From NCBI GenBank assembly GCA_963789265.1, contig CAWBKB010000005.1, forward strand, positions 544,001 to 608,000: a stretch of 64,000 bases of DNA, in the 5' to 3' direction. This document shows positions 10,515 through 20,833 of this stretch, piece after piece (within the stretch, counting starts at the first letter, position 1; each line of letters opens with the position of its first letter). The notes under the pieces were generated by a model. The model had not been told where the DNA came from, ran no database searches, and saw only the letters and a program-made list of their open reading frames with translations. This stretch comes from an uncultured delta proteobacterium. Lineage in GTDB: Bacteria > Desulfobacterota > Desulfomonilia > Desulfomonilales > Desulfomonilaceae. Position numbers and translations under genes: made by a program.

Positions 10515-10789
10515 GAAACTGCCTAAAAACTATTTTGATGCCCAAAATCGTGGCGCTATGGCTGCCCGGCACTAAAGTACCGGTCTACTCTCAATCGCCC
10601 CGATGGGGCTCGAATAGAGGCGTTCCGGAGGAACTGGTGATAGTAGCCCGGCAATTCATTGCCGGGAAAAGGGGCCATTCGTGTTACGATTTCGTTCGGT
10701 TCCAGGATTTTGAGACACTTTCGTCCAGCCTGTCGCTAGTGGACGGGCAGGATGCCCATCCCCACTGCAACCCCGCGTTCCGCGCGGGG
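10515..10789. repeat. Cluster of REP-like hairpins inside imperfect terminal inverted repeats
   Basis: gaaactgcctaaaaa (10515-10529) is an imperfect inverted match to ttttgagacactttc (10708-10722); internal hairpins cccggcaattcattgccggg and gccccgatggggc; followed by gacgggcaggatgcccatc and ccccgcgttccgcgcgggg. Confidence 0.6.
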
Positions 10790-10910
10790 CGTCGCCACTA
10801 CGCCGTTCTTCTTCCGTGATTACTTTTGAGGATCACTTTAATCGCGCCATCGCGTGTTATCATGGATACAGACAGGCACAACATCAAATTTGCGTGCCGT
10901 TGGTTTTCTT

Positions 10911-11378
10911 ATGAATAAGATCGACAGATCAGAAGAAGAATTCATGGCCGTGGCCCTGGAGCTTGCGGGCAAGGCGGCTGCAATGGGCGAGACGCCTGTC
11001 GGAGCGGTAATCGTTCAAAATGGGATGATCATTGGCATGGGCCACAATCTAGTAGAAGCGGAAAAGGATCCCACCGCTCACGCGGAAATTGTAGCGTTGC
11101 GTGAAGCCACCCGTTTTAACGGCGATTGGCGATTGTCGGATGCGACTGCGTATGTTACATTGGAGCCGTGTGTCATGTGCGCGGCCGCTCTCATGCACGC
11201 GAGAGTCAAACGCCTCGTTTTTGGCGCGAGAGACCTGAGATGGGGCGGAGTAGGCAGTCTGTTCGATCTGGCCCACGATCCGAGAATCAACCACGAGCTG
11301 GAGGTTATCTCGGGGATCATGGAGGACCGGGCCGCTGTCCTGCTCCAGCGGTTTTATAAGAAGCTGCGACAGAACTAA
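10911..11378 (+). CDS. tadA: tRNA adenosine(34) deaminase
   Basis: PVGAVIV, DPTAHAE, YVTLEPCVMC, RLVFGA. Confidence 0.93.
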   Translation: MNKIDRSEEEFMAVALELAGKAAAMGETPVGAVIVQNGMIIGMGHNLVEAEKDPTAHAEIVALREATRFNGDWRLSDATAYVTLEPCVMCAAALMHARVKRLVFGARDLRWGGVGSLFDLAHDPRINHELEVISGIMEDRAAVLLQRFYKKLRQN

Positions 11379-11403
11379 GGCCGGCTGAGGAATCAGCCCA
11401 AGC

Positions 11404-11492
11404 GGAGAGATGCCCGAGAGGCCGAAGGGGGTTGACTCGAAATCAACTGTGTCCTTGTGGCACCGGGGGTTCGAATCCCTCTCTCTCCGCCA
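11404..11492 (+). tRNA. tRNA-Ser (anticodon CGA)
   Basis: GGAGAGA acceptor stem, anticodon arm gttga-ctCGAaa-tcaac, long variable arm, GGTTCGAATCC, encoded CCA. Confidence 0.95.
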
Positions 11493-11581
11493 AACCTCTT
11501 CTAACATCGCCACGTTATGAAACTTCGAGCTTGACGCCTCTTTTCCTCAAGATGAGCGATGGGGGACTTTTGCCTGACTTT

Positions 11582-11759
11582 TATAGGAATGCCCTGTCAA
11601 ATAAGAGACAATCGTAGGCAGGATAATGTGGGGGAGTCTCGCCTGGGCGAGACTCCCCTTCGTCGCCCCGGACTCTGATCCGCTGTTGACCGGCAAGATG
11701 CCGGTCCTACTGACGTTTTCATCCTTCGTTGTAGCTTTCTAGCTATGGGAATTGGTACA
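11582..11759. repeat. Degenerate composite repeat related to the 13385 and 16946 elements
   Basis: Left end tataggaatgccctgtcaaataagagacaatc matches 16946-16977 at 24 of 32 positions; contains gtagg...cctac, gtctcgcctgggcgagac and gtcgccccggactctgatccg. Confidence 0.6.
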
Positions 11760-11786
11760 AGAGCCTATAAAGATCCTTTGGCCTGT

Positions 11787-12554
11787 TTATTGGGCCAAGA
11801 ACCCCCCGTCCACAACAATGACCGATCCCGTGATGTAACTCGAAGCAGAAGATGCCAACAGAAGTAGGGTTCCAAGAATTTCTCTTGGTTTGGCAAATCT
11901 TCTCAACGGTATCTTTCCGACGATGCCTTCGTAAACTCTGTCAGAATCCCTTAATTTCTTGGTCATCTCAGTTTCGAGATAATGCGGGGCGATGGCATTA
12001 ACCCGGACGTTGTGTTTAGCCCATTCGAGTGCAAGAGACTTGGTCAGACTGATGACCCCTGCTTTTGAAGCGCAGTAAGCCGAAGCTCGGGCAACACCGG
12101 TAAATCCCGCTGTGGAGGCAATATTGATGATATTCCCGCCACCCCCACCGATCATCTGTCTGCCTGTGTATTTACAGCAGAGGAAGGTACCTCTTAGGTT
12201 GACTTGAATCACTTTGTCCCAGTTCTCAACCGGAGTTTCTTCTGTCGGGGTAAAATCGGTTTGAGTGATCCCAGCATTATTAACTAGGATGTCGATCTTC
12301 CCGAATTCAGATGAGGCCCTCTCCACCATCTCCTTGACGGCGGCTTCATCTGAGACGTTCATTTGAATAGGAAGACAACTCGACCCGATTTTTTCCACAA
12401 GTGCCGCTGTTTCCTCGGGATGAACAACGTCGGCAAGAATCAGTGAAACCCCCTGTTCGGCTAGACACACGGCAATCTCTCGCCCAAGTCCTTTACTGCT
12501 CCCGGTGACTATTGCGTTTTTGTCTTGAAGCTGGAACCATTCCGGCGAAACCAT
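11787..12554 (-). CDS. Short-chain dehydrogenase/reductase (FabG/KduD-like)
   Basis: TGSSKGLG, NNAG, YCASK, VDGG. Confidence 0.92.
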   Translation of the reverse strand: MVSPEWFQLQDKNAIVTGSSKGLGREIAVCLAEQGVSLILADVVHPEETAALVEKIGSSCLPIQMNVSDEAAVKEMVERASSEFGKIDILVNNAGITQTDFTPTEETPVENWDKVIQVNLRGTFLCCKYTGRQMIGGGGGNIINIASTAGFTGVARASAYCASKAGVISLTKSLALEWAKHNVRVNAIAPHYLETEMTKKLRDSDRVYEGIVGKIPLRRFAKPREILGTLLLLASSASSYITGSVIVVDGGFLAQ

Positions 12555-12657
12555 TCTTCATCCTCTTCAATCATCGCCATTCTTTAGGAATAGATCAGAG
12601 CCGGGATTTCGACTGCGAATGGCCGTAAGAGACCGTGTTTATTATTTCTTTGGCCCT

Positions 12658-13215
12658 TTATGCGCCGCCTTGCGTACCCGCAGTTCCCTGTCTCGCGACA
12701 AAACCCCGACTCTGCAGACCGGTGGCAGATGGTGTCCCGGCAATTTGGGCAAGATATCTTTCGCCGAGCTTCTCAATGTGATCGCTGACATTGTCGAAGT
12801 AGTTGAAATGTATCTGTTCTTCGTCAATGATCGTTTCGAAGAGTTTTACGCTGGTGCTATCTCCGTTTTCTCTGCACACCAACAGGAATTGGTTATATGC
12901 ATCGATCGTATTGTCCTCAAGTTTTGCATCAAACGAAAAGATCGCTTCGACCTGCTGGCCTTTCGCCGCCTTTTCGGCAGGCTCTGTGGTCGGTTCCCCA
13001 ACTAATTCCTTGATTCGCTCTGCCAACATCTCTGCATGACGCATTTCATCGATGGCGATGAGTTTAATCTTAGCCGCCATATCTCCGTAATCCATGTCGT
13101 CCAAATTGTAATGCTGGTTCATGTACTGGGCTATGGCGTGCAACTCCATGCCGCGGGCCTTGTTAAGCACTTCTATGACCTTTTCCTTCCTTTGTTCTTT
13201 AGTGTCTAGGGCCAT
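12658..13215 (-). CDS. bfr: Bacterioferritin
   Basis: ELHAIAQY, IDEMRHAE, EDNTIDAY and EEQIH ferroxidase pattern; RBS GAGGAGG before ATG 13215. Confidence 0.82.
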   Translation of the reverse strand: MALDTKEQRKEKVIEVLNKARGMELHAIAQYMNQHYNLDDMDYGDMAAKIKLIAIDEMRHAEMLAERIKELVGEPTTEPAEKAAKGQQVEAIFSFDAKLEDNTIDAYNQFLLVCRENGDSTSVKLFETIIDEEQIHFNYFDNVSDHIEKLGERYLAQIAGTPSATGLQSRGFVARQGTAGTQGGA

Positions 13216-13384
13216 GATACTCCTCCTCATTCGGCTAAAATTTACGTTGACGACCTTCAATCGGGCCTCGATGACCATTATCCGATAACTCGGTTCCGTG
13301 ATCAATGAAACTGTTGCCGCTGCCGACACGACGACGGTGATCGACTACCAGCTAGAGATATTCAATGTCCTTTGCAGATGAGCG

Positions 13385-13576
13385 ATACTAATGCGCTATC
13401 AAACAAGTAGCAATCCTGGACAAGACATGGTGGGACAGGCATCCTGCCTGCCATTCGTCACCCCGGACTCCGATCCGGGGTCCAGTCTGGATGCCCGCGT
13501 CCGCGGGCATGACGACAGGCAGGATGCCTGTCCCACCAGAAACACGGTGTCACTTGCTCGAAAGCGAAATGGTATA
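13385..13576. mobile_element. Composite MITE-like repeat, copy 1 (imperfect TIRs, REP pair, inner GTCA-type element)
   Basis: Ends atactaatgcgctatcaaacaagt and acttgctcgaaagcgaaatggtata are imperfect inverted repeats; colinear with 16946-17163. Confidence 0.75.
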
Positions 13577-14262
13577 ACATATCGAGCTTATCCTTGAAAT
13601 CCACCTCCAGCGAACCAGGAACAATTCTACCGTGTATGTCACGGTCACCCATTAAAAGACCCTCACAAATTGGTAGTTTGAATACCGTAAACCCTACCCA
13701 AAAAGGGGTTGATTTATTTTGTTCAATGTGCGAAAATTGGTCTGTTTCCAACATGATGTGGTCTGCAGACAAGGTTTCGCATGTATTTCCAGTTCGTACG
13801 AAACGACGACCGGGCCTGCGTTTTCGAGTTCAAGCGGAGAATTGCTTCTCTTAACTGGAGCATGAAGCCCAGTGGCTTGACTACCCTATCCGCGCTGACA
13901 GGTCAAGAATCCAATGCCCTTGCTCGGTTTCAAGCTTTCGAGATCCGCGACTAAGCGCTGTGGCCCGTATGAGTTGAGAAGTTGCTCCCGTATTTACCGA
14001 TCCGCGGCCGAAACAAGTCAGCTGAGAGTGTGACAAGGCTCGAGGTGCCTTGCCCTAAACGGCATACTTGGCCTTGTAATTAGCAATAAGAATCAGCAAC
14101 GGAATGATCCATGATGGAGCGAGGCTGGAAACTGAAAGTGTCGCCCGTCAGAAAAAAGAAGGTTAAATCAGCAGGATATGGTTATCCTGCCAAAGCGGAG
14201 CTATATTGATAATTATAATACCACAAGCCTCACTCCACGCCTGCATGATTGTGAACATTGAA

Positions 14263-14383
14263 GTAACCATTCAGTCTTGTGGGGCAGGCTTTCCAGCCTG
14301 CCGGGGAAACCCATGTTCAATGGCGGGCTAGAAAGCCCACCCCACGAAGCCACCGCAAATTCCGGCTGTAACTGAATGCATAC
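14263..14383. repeat. REP pair inside short inverted ends
   Basis: gtaaccattcag...ctgaatgcatac enclosing gtggggcaggctttccagcctgcc / ggcgggctagaaagcccaccccac. Confidence 0.7.
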
Positions 14384-14489
14384 ACATTGAACTGTGATCC
14401 GGGGTTACCCGAGATGGCAAGAAAAAGCTGCATTTTGCAAGCAAAAGTCGACCATTTTTGCGCCCGGGCGCGAAAGAGGAGATGCGCGG

Positions 14490-16911
14490 ATGAAAAGGTT
14501 TTTTGACATTATGGCCTCCTTGGGGGGACTAATCGTCGCAGCTCCGTTTATGATAGCCATCGCCGCAGTAATCAAACTGGAGTCCAAGGGGCCGATTTTT
14601 TATCGCTGCACGCGAGTCGGCAGGAACGGGCGGCTATTCGGCATGTTCAAGTTCAGAACAATGCTGGCAAACGCTGACAACGTGGATTGCAAACTCAGCG
14701 GGTGTGGAGACGTGCGCGTAACATCGTTCGGCAGTTTCTTGAGGCGGACCAAGCTCAACGAGCTACCGCAACTGTTCAACGTTTTGCTCGGAGATATGAG
14801 CGCGGTTGGGCCGAGGCCTGAAGATCCAAAATTCACCCAGGATTACAAAGAGCAATGGCAGGTGGTCCTGTCGGTACGGCCCGGGATCGTGGGACCCAAT
14901 CAGATCTTGAACCGCAATGAAGAAGACCTGTTTCCACCTGGAGAAGATCACGAACGATTCTATATCGACCATATCCTACCCGAGAAATTGGAGCGAGACA
15001 CAGACTACGTGCAGACTCACAGCTTCTGGGGGGATCTGATCATTCTGCTTAAGGCCGTATACGTGACCTTGTTCAAAGGATTCACGCTGTGGCGATTATT
15101 CAGCCGGCCGCAACTCCTGAAATTAATTGTTTTGGATGCGGCTCTCTCGGTTTCTGGCGTATTTGGTGGCCAATTTGGTCAGGTTTGAGACTATTCCAAT
15201 CTCCGATTATGCTTTGTGGAATTTCTTTTTCGTTGCCGCGGCCAACCCCATGATCTTCTTATTTATGGGCCTTTACAGGCGAAGTGTTCGTTTCGTATCG
15301 GTGCCGGACATAATGCCGATGATAAGAATGAGCTTTGTTTGCGGGATGGTCCTTATCGTGATGAATTACTTCCTCATGATCGGCTCCGGACATTCCCGAT
15401 CCGTTTATTTTCTTTACCCACTGCTCTTGATGCTCTTGATTACCGGGACACGAGTCATCGCAAGGATCTTCTTGGAACAACGGGAACGCATGAACCACCA
15501 AAGCTCCGGAAAGGAACGTCTCTTAATCTATGGTGCGGGCAGAATGGGAATACACGCTCTCAGGCGTTTTCAATTCGAGCCGGGCGTAGAAGTCGTGGGA
15601 TTTGTGGATGACAACCCGGATTTGAAAAGCGGGTCAATATTGGGGTTGCCCATCCTGGGATCGGGCTGTGATTTGACTTTCTTGAAGTCGTTATACTACG
15701 TGGACAAGGTATTTATTGGATTTAAGCCTTCCAGTCCCGATATGGAGGAAAACGCGCGCCGAAGGTGCATTGAAGCAGGCATGATGGAGTTTATCGACCC
15801 GACACCGGAATTTCGCCCTTCGGGCAACGAAGTCGCGGCGGCAGATCATGGTTATTTTGATTTCATTGACACCCTGGGCATCAAGCCTGTGTCTTTGAAC
15901 ACCGATGAAGTCGCCCCATTTATCGAAGACTCAACGATCGCGCTGGTAGGCACCGGGGACCGATTCGGGGAAGAGCTTTGCCGGGAGATTGTGAATCTGA
16001 AAGCTCGCGGACTCGTCCTGATAGAAGATTGTGCTGCCAGATTGGAAAGAGTCGTTAACCATCTACAGTCGATTCCCAACGATCGTGTTGCGATTTTTCC
16101 CTATTTCTTTCCGCTGGGTTCCCATTCGTTGATTGAAAGGACATTGGCGAGGCACAATCTCGAATGGATTATCTATCATCGCCCTAACAGACCGTTAGTA
16201 GCTGCATCGCTCAACCAGCCCACCCTGGTTCTCACAGAATTCGCTGAAGCTGCGGGATTCGTGGAGATGGCCAAGCGCCTGGACTGCAACGGTTTCTCCT
16301 TCCTGTCGCCTTACGCAAATGATTCTTTTTCCTCTGAGGAAAAGAAGGTTCACCTGCTCACGGAGATATACGTTCGCCTGTCTGCACGAGCCGAAGAGAC
16401 TCAGACTCGATTCGGTGTGGTGCGGCTTCCAAATGTCCTGGAGAATGAGAATGGCATCTTTGTCAGATCCTGCAACAAGATCTCTCGCGGCATGCCCATC
16501 TCGGAACCTTCCGGGCCGCTTTCGTTTTCATCCGCGTGCAATGCCGCGAAAATTTGTCTGAACAGCCTTCCGTTACACGGCAAAGGGGACACCTTCGTAG
16601 GCAATTCCACCATAAGTTTCAGGCTGCAAAGTTTGATCGAGCAGTTTTTTCAATTCCAAGGGAACGGTCGATCTCTCGACAATCTCATCAAATCACCTGA
16701 TGATGCCGGCAAGATTGTGGAGCATCCAGTCTACCCAGGAGCTTGGTCTGAGACCACCTCTCCTTACCTCCTGAGGATCGACGAAGAGCCCGAAGCCGAC
16801 AAGCGTTTGATAGAGCTGTTCAAGGAAATGAACCATTTCTACGATCCAAGCTGCTACGGTCTGGAACTTCCGAGGGTTCTTTCCATCTTAGAGGGGACGG
16901 TAGCCGCATGA
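14490..16911 (+). CDS. Polyprenyl-phosphate sugar-1-phosphate transferase (Bac_transf) joined to a CapD/PglF-like TM + CoA-binding + degenerate dehydratase region (+1 frameshift near 15150)
   Basis: KRFFD, FKFRTM, RRTKLNELPQL, VGPRPE; overlapping second ORF with LIYGAG, VGFVDD and RFGVVRLPNVL. Removing one G in tcggtttctg makes the two ORFs continuous. Confidence 0.75.
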
Positions 16912-16945
16912 GCGCTACGGTCTGCCCGCCGCGCATCTAATGCTT

Positions 16946-17163
16946 TATACCAATGCGCCATCAAACAAGTAACAATCCTAAAACAGGATATAGTGGAGCA
17001 TGCATCCTGCCAGCTATTCGTCACCCCGGACTCCGATCCGGGGTCCAGTCTGTCCCGCGTCTCGCGAGACCGCGTACGCGGGCATGACAACAGACAATCC
17101 CGCCTGGGCGGGACTGTCCCACCAAAACCACGGTATCACTTCCTTGAAGGCGAACCGGTATTA
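16946..17163. mobile_element. Composite MITE-like repeat, copy 2
   Basis: Colinear with 13385-13576, including an identical ttcgtcaccccggactccgatccggggtccagtctg core; carries two extra 17-bp hairpins. Confidence 0.75.
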
Positions 17164-17173
17164 ATCGAGGAAC

Positions 17174-18322
17174 TTGCAATTGACCTGGAAGGTTCCGCTC
17201 TCCGACATCGTTTTCGGGCCTGAGGAACAGGAGGCTGTTCAGCGCGTTCTGAAATCCGGATGGGTATCCATGGGTCCGGAAACCGAGCGTTTTGAGGCCG
17301 AATTTGCCGCGTACACCGGGGCCAAGCACGCGGTGGCCGTTTCTTCATGCACCGCGGCCCTTCATCTTTCACTGGTGGCGCTGGGCATCTGTCCGGGAGA
17401 CGAGGTCATAGTGCCCTCTCTGACATTTGTCGCCACAGCCAATGCGGTTCTTTATGTGGGAGCCACCCCGGTCTTTGCCGACATCACAAGCCTTGATGAT
17501 TGGAACATCTCGCCCGAACAAATCGAGCAAAGGATAACACCTCGCACGAAGGCCGTGATCGTTCTTCATTACGCGGGCTTTCCCTGCCAAATGGACCGAA
17601 TCGCCGCCATAGCGCAGCGACACGGGCTCAAAGTGGTTGAAGATGCCGCACATGCTCACGGCTCTACCTTCAGAGGCAAAAAGCTTGGGACCTGGGGTGA
17701 TGCCGGCTGTTTCAGCTTCTTTGCCAACAAAAACATGACATGCGCAGAGGGCGGGATGGTGGTGACCGACAGTGACGAGGCTGCCAAGCGGCTGAGGATA
17801 CTCAGATCGCACGGGATGACCACTCTGACCTGGGACAGGCACCGAGGGCACAGCTTCTCTTATGACGTAATCGAGACCGGATACAATTACCGAATGGACG
17901 AGATTCGAGCCGCGTTGGCAAGAGTGCAGCTTTCCAAGCTGGATGACGGCAATCAAAAGCGGCGAACGATAACCAGGCATATACGGGATAATTTAAAGGA
18001 AGTTCAATCGATTTCGCTCCCGTTCTGCGATCGCAACCTGGATGAATGCTCTGCCCACATTTTTCCGATTCTGCTCGAATCCCCTGAGCTGCGGCCTGCC
18101 TTCATGTCAAGCATGAAAGAAGCCGGCATCCAGACAAGCATTCATTATCCGCCTATTCACAAGTTTTCGGCGTACAGGTCCACTATTTACAACGACCTCC
18201 CGATCACCGAGGACGTTTGCAGCCGGGAAGTCACTTTACCGTTGTTTCCGAGCCTTGGCCCGCAGCAGGAAGAAACAGTGGTGCGTGCGGTTAAAGCCGG
18301 TCTAAGCACTTCCCGAGATTAG
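17174..18322 (+). CDS. DegT/DnrJ/EryC1/StrS-family sugar aminotransferase
   Basis: SSCTAALHL, EDAAHAHG, FSFFANKNM (PLP lysine), GYNYRM. Confidence 0.93.
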   Translation: MQLTWKVPLSDIVFGPEEQEAVQRVLKSGWVSMGPETERFEAEFAAYTGAKHAVAVSSCTAALHLSLVALGICPGDEVIVPSLTFVATANAVLYVGATPVFADITSLDDWNISPEQIEQRITPRTKAVIVLHYAGFPCQMDRIAAIAQRHGLKVVEDAAHAHGSTFRGKKLGTWGDAGCFSFFANKNMTCAEGGMVVTDSDEAAKRLRILRSHGMTTLTWDRHRGHSFSYDVIETGYNYRMDEIRAALARVQLSKLDDGNQKRRTITRHIRDNLKEVQSISLPFCDRNLDECSAHIFPILLESPELRPAFMSSMKEAGIQTSIHYPPIHKFSAYRSTIYNDLPITEDVCSREVTLPLFPSLGPQQEETVVRAVKAGLSTSRD

Positions 18323-18431
18323 CACGCCCCGATCGAATTGGCGGTGGTCGCCTCAGAATCATCGGTTAGTACCAGCGATAGGTATCGACTACCAAAGCGC
18401 TTTTGTCTGGTGTCGTTCGAGCAACATTATC

Positions 18432-19952
18432 TTGGAGGAATTTTTGAGGCTCAGCCGGAAGCAAGCTTCTAAATGGCACTTATTTTTTTTATACACGAAT
18501 TTTTTGTTCAACCTGATCAAGGGCGTGCTCATCGTTCCAATGTACCTGAGATACATGGAGCCTCGCTTGTACGGTGCCTGGCTGGCTTGCGGAGGGATAA
18601 TCGCTTACCTGAGTCTGTGCGAATTCGGTGTAAACCGGGTAATCATCCAGAAAGTGGCGGTTCTGGCGGCATCGTCGAAAAGCGATGAGCTGGCTTCAGT
18701 TGTGGCGACGGGTCTCCGCTTGAATGCCGGCTTCGCGGTCTTGCCCTTTTTGATCAGTCTCGGGGTTGCTCCGTTCGTGGCAAGAATCGTTCAGATTACT
18801 GGGCCCGAAGCACTGGAGCTGCGCAATGCTTTCATTCTGGCAGCCTTGGCTGCCTCGCTTATGATTTTCTCGTTCGCTCCTAGCGGGGTCCTTCAAGGAA
18901 TGCAGCGTCAGGCTTTTGTCAACGTCTGCTATTCTACCGGCTTGGCTTTAGGGATAGTGACGACCCTACTTTTGCTCTGGCGGGGATGCGGACTCCTGGC
19001 TCTTCCGATTGGTTCGCTGATTCACGCGACCATCACTGCCGCGGGCGATTTCGGTTACATGGCGCTGATACTCCGGCGACAGGACTTACTGAGGTGGCCG
19101 AAGATCGAAGTCAGGATCTTCAAGGAGATCCTCGCTTCCTCGTCCTTTGAGTTCGGTGGCATGGTTGCCCGTGCGGTGACCGGGCAATCTGACAATTTGG
19201 TCATAGGCGCCGCTCTTAACCCCGCGCTCTGCAATGTTTTTACCTTTACCGGGATGGCCTACAAGATGTCTGCCACGCTGGCGGGGTACGTGTCTCATGC
19301 CTCCATGCCGTCGCTGGCGCACCTTGTAGGAGAATCCGATGCTGATAAAACAAAGAAGGTCATAGTTGATATCATAAAGATTTCGGCGATTGTCGGTGCA
19401 TTGCTTTTGTGCGGGGCGTTTTTCTTGAATGAGGCGCTGGTAGGCATTTGGGTGGGACCGCAGTTCTACGGTGGCTTCTGGCTGAATCTCTTATTCTTTG
19501 TGGCCGCGGTCCTCATGATTTTCTTTTACACGTTCAACAACATTCTCGTTGCATTTGGAGATTTTCGAGCTTCAGGAACAGCGGTCATGATTCAGGCTTG
19601 TTTGCAAATGCCTTTGATGGTAGGGCTCGGCTATTGGGCGGGGATGGTCGGTTTGGCTTTGGCCTCTGTCTTGGCCTTGGGCGCAGTAGCGATTCCCATT
19701 CAGGCAGTTGCGATCATCAGGCGATTGCACGTTTCATCGGGGGCCCTTGTCCGTGGCGTTTACACGTTGGCTGCGGTGTTTGCGATCCCCCTTACAGCCG
19801 TGCTGGCCATGAAATGTATTTGGATCCCACGAGGTTTGTTGCAACTTGGCTTATTCTGCGCTGTGTACGCTTCGATTTCAGTGGCCTGCTATGCAATCAT
19901 TCACAAAGATCTCCGCGAGTTTGTAATAGGATGCTTCGCCAAGGGAGCGTGA
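18432..19952 (+). CDS. Wzx-like polysaccharide flippase
   Basis: Many hydrophobic helices, N-terminal YGAW...EFG pattern, location within a glycan cluster. Confidence 0.78.
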   Translation: MEEFLRLSRKQASKWHLFFLYTNFLFNLIKGVLIVPMYLRYMEPRLYGAWLACGGIIAYLSLCEFGVNRVIIQKVAVLAASSKSDELASVVATGLRLNAGFAVLPFLISLGVAPFVARIVQITGPEALELRNAFILAALAASLMIFSFAPSGVLQGMQRQAFVNVCYSTGLALGIVTTLLLLWRGCGLLALPIGSLIHATITAAGDFGYMALILRRQDLLRWPKIEVRIFKEILASSSFEFGGMVARAVTGQSDNLVIGAALNPALCNVFTFTGMAYKMSATLAGYVSHASMPSLAHLVGESDADKTKKVIVDIIKISAIVGALLLCGAFFLNEALVGIWVGPQFYGGFWLNLLFFVAAVLMIFFYTFNNILVAFGDFRASGTAVMIQACLQMPLMVGLGYWAGMVGLALASVLALGAVAIPIQAVAIIRRLHVSSGALVRGVYTLAAVFAIPLTAVLAMKCIWIPRGLLQLGLFCAVYASISVACYAIIHKDLREFVIGCFAKGA

Positions 19953-20024
19953 GAGTGGTCTCCCCGATGACCACGGCATAATCGCGGCTAAAGGGGTCCT
20001 TATCGTAGGAGAGGAGGACAAGGT

Positions 20025-20774
20025 TTGGTCAGGCGATTGCAACTAGGCGCAGCACGACTAAAGAATCTCAGCTCCCGAGCCCTCGAAGTGTTCCTGGATG
20101 ACACCTGGCTTCATTTGGGTGACTCAGGTCACGATAGCGACCGCGTGCTGTCTTTCAAGGAAAAAATGGTTAGTTATTCTCCATCCCAAATCATCAGGAT
20201 TTTCTGGAACAGGCTTGGGAGTGGGTTCACCCGCGGCGGACAACCTCAATCGGATATCCATTTTTGCAAGCCGGCTAATTTCAAGGAGTTCAATTATTTG
20301 AAGGGAGACGTCCTGCCATTTGAGGACAGTTCGTTTACGTACATCTATTCCGAGCACTTTTTCGAGCATCTTTTTCTTGATGAAGCTGTAGCCCTCATGG
20401 GCGAATGTTATAGGATTTTGCAGCCATGGGGAGTTATGAGAACATGTGTGCCGGACGCGGACTTGCGAGTGTACGAACCACCTGAACCGATTGGCTATCC
20501 GAAACTGACAATGCCTTTCGGTCATCCCATGAAACACAAAACAAGATGGTCGGTGTATAGCCTTGATGAGGCCCTTCGCTTTTCCGGCTTCAAGCCGTTG
20601 CCTCTCCGATATTGTGACAGATCGGGAAAATATTTGCGCATGCACCCTTTGGAAACCAGAGAATCCTACGGTAATTGCCCCGATACTGAAATGGTATTCG
20701 ATCTGACTTATGTAATGCGCTTGGACTCGCTCATAGTGGACGGCGTAAAGATAACCGATGAGGCGCACGATTAA
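20025..20774 (+). CDS. SAM-dependent methyltransferase-domain protein
   Basis: LPFEDSSFTYIYSEHFFEHL, RILQPWG..RTCVPD. Confidence 0.75.
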   Translation: MVRRLQLGAARLKNLSSRALEVFLDDTWLHLGDSGHDSDRVLSFKEKMVSYSPSQIIRIFWNRLGSGFTRGGQPQSDIHFCKPANFKEFNYLKGDVLPFEDSSFTYIYSEHFFEHLFLDEAVALMGECYRILQPWGVMRTCVPDADLRVYEPPEPIGYPKLTMPFGHPMKHKTRWSVYSLDEALRFSGFKPLPLRYCDRSGKYLRMHPLETRESYGNCPDTEMVFDLTYVMRLDSLIVDGVKITDEAHD

Positions 20775-20833
20775 TTGATAGGGCCGATGTACTTGACCAT
20801 TGGCCATAACCTTGCCACCAGCAATGGAGTTGA

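Noticed and set aside
10439..10819. 126-aa ORF upstream of tadA
   Set aside because: Runs through a stack of palindromic repeats; likely spurious.
11404..11800. tRNA-Ser as an integration site for an island
   Set aside because: No integrase nearby and no duplicated tRNA 3' end found in the window.
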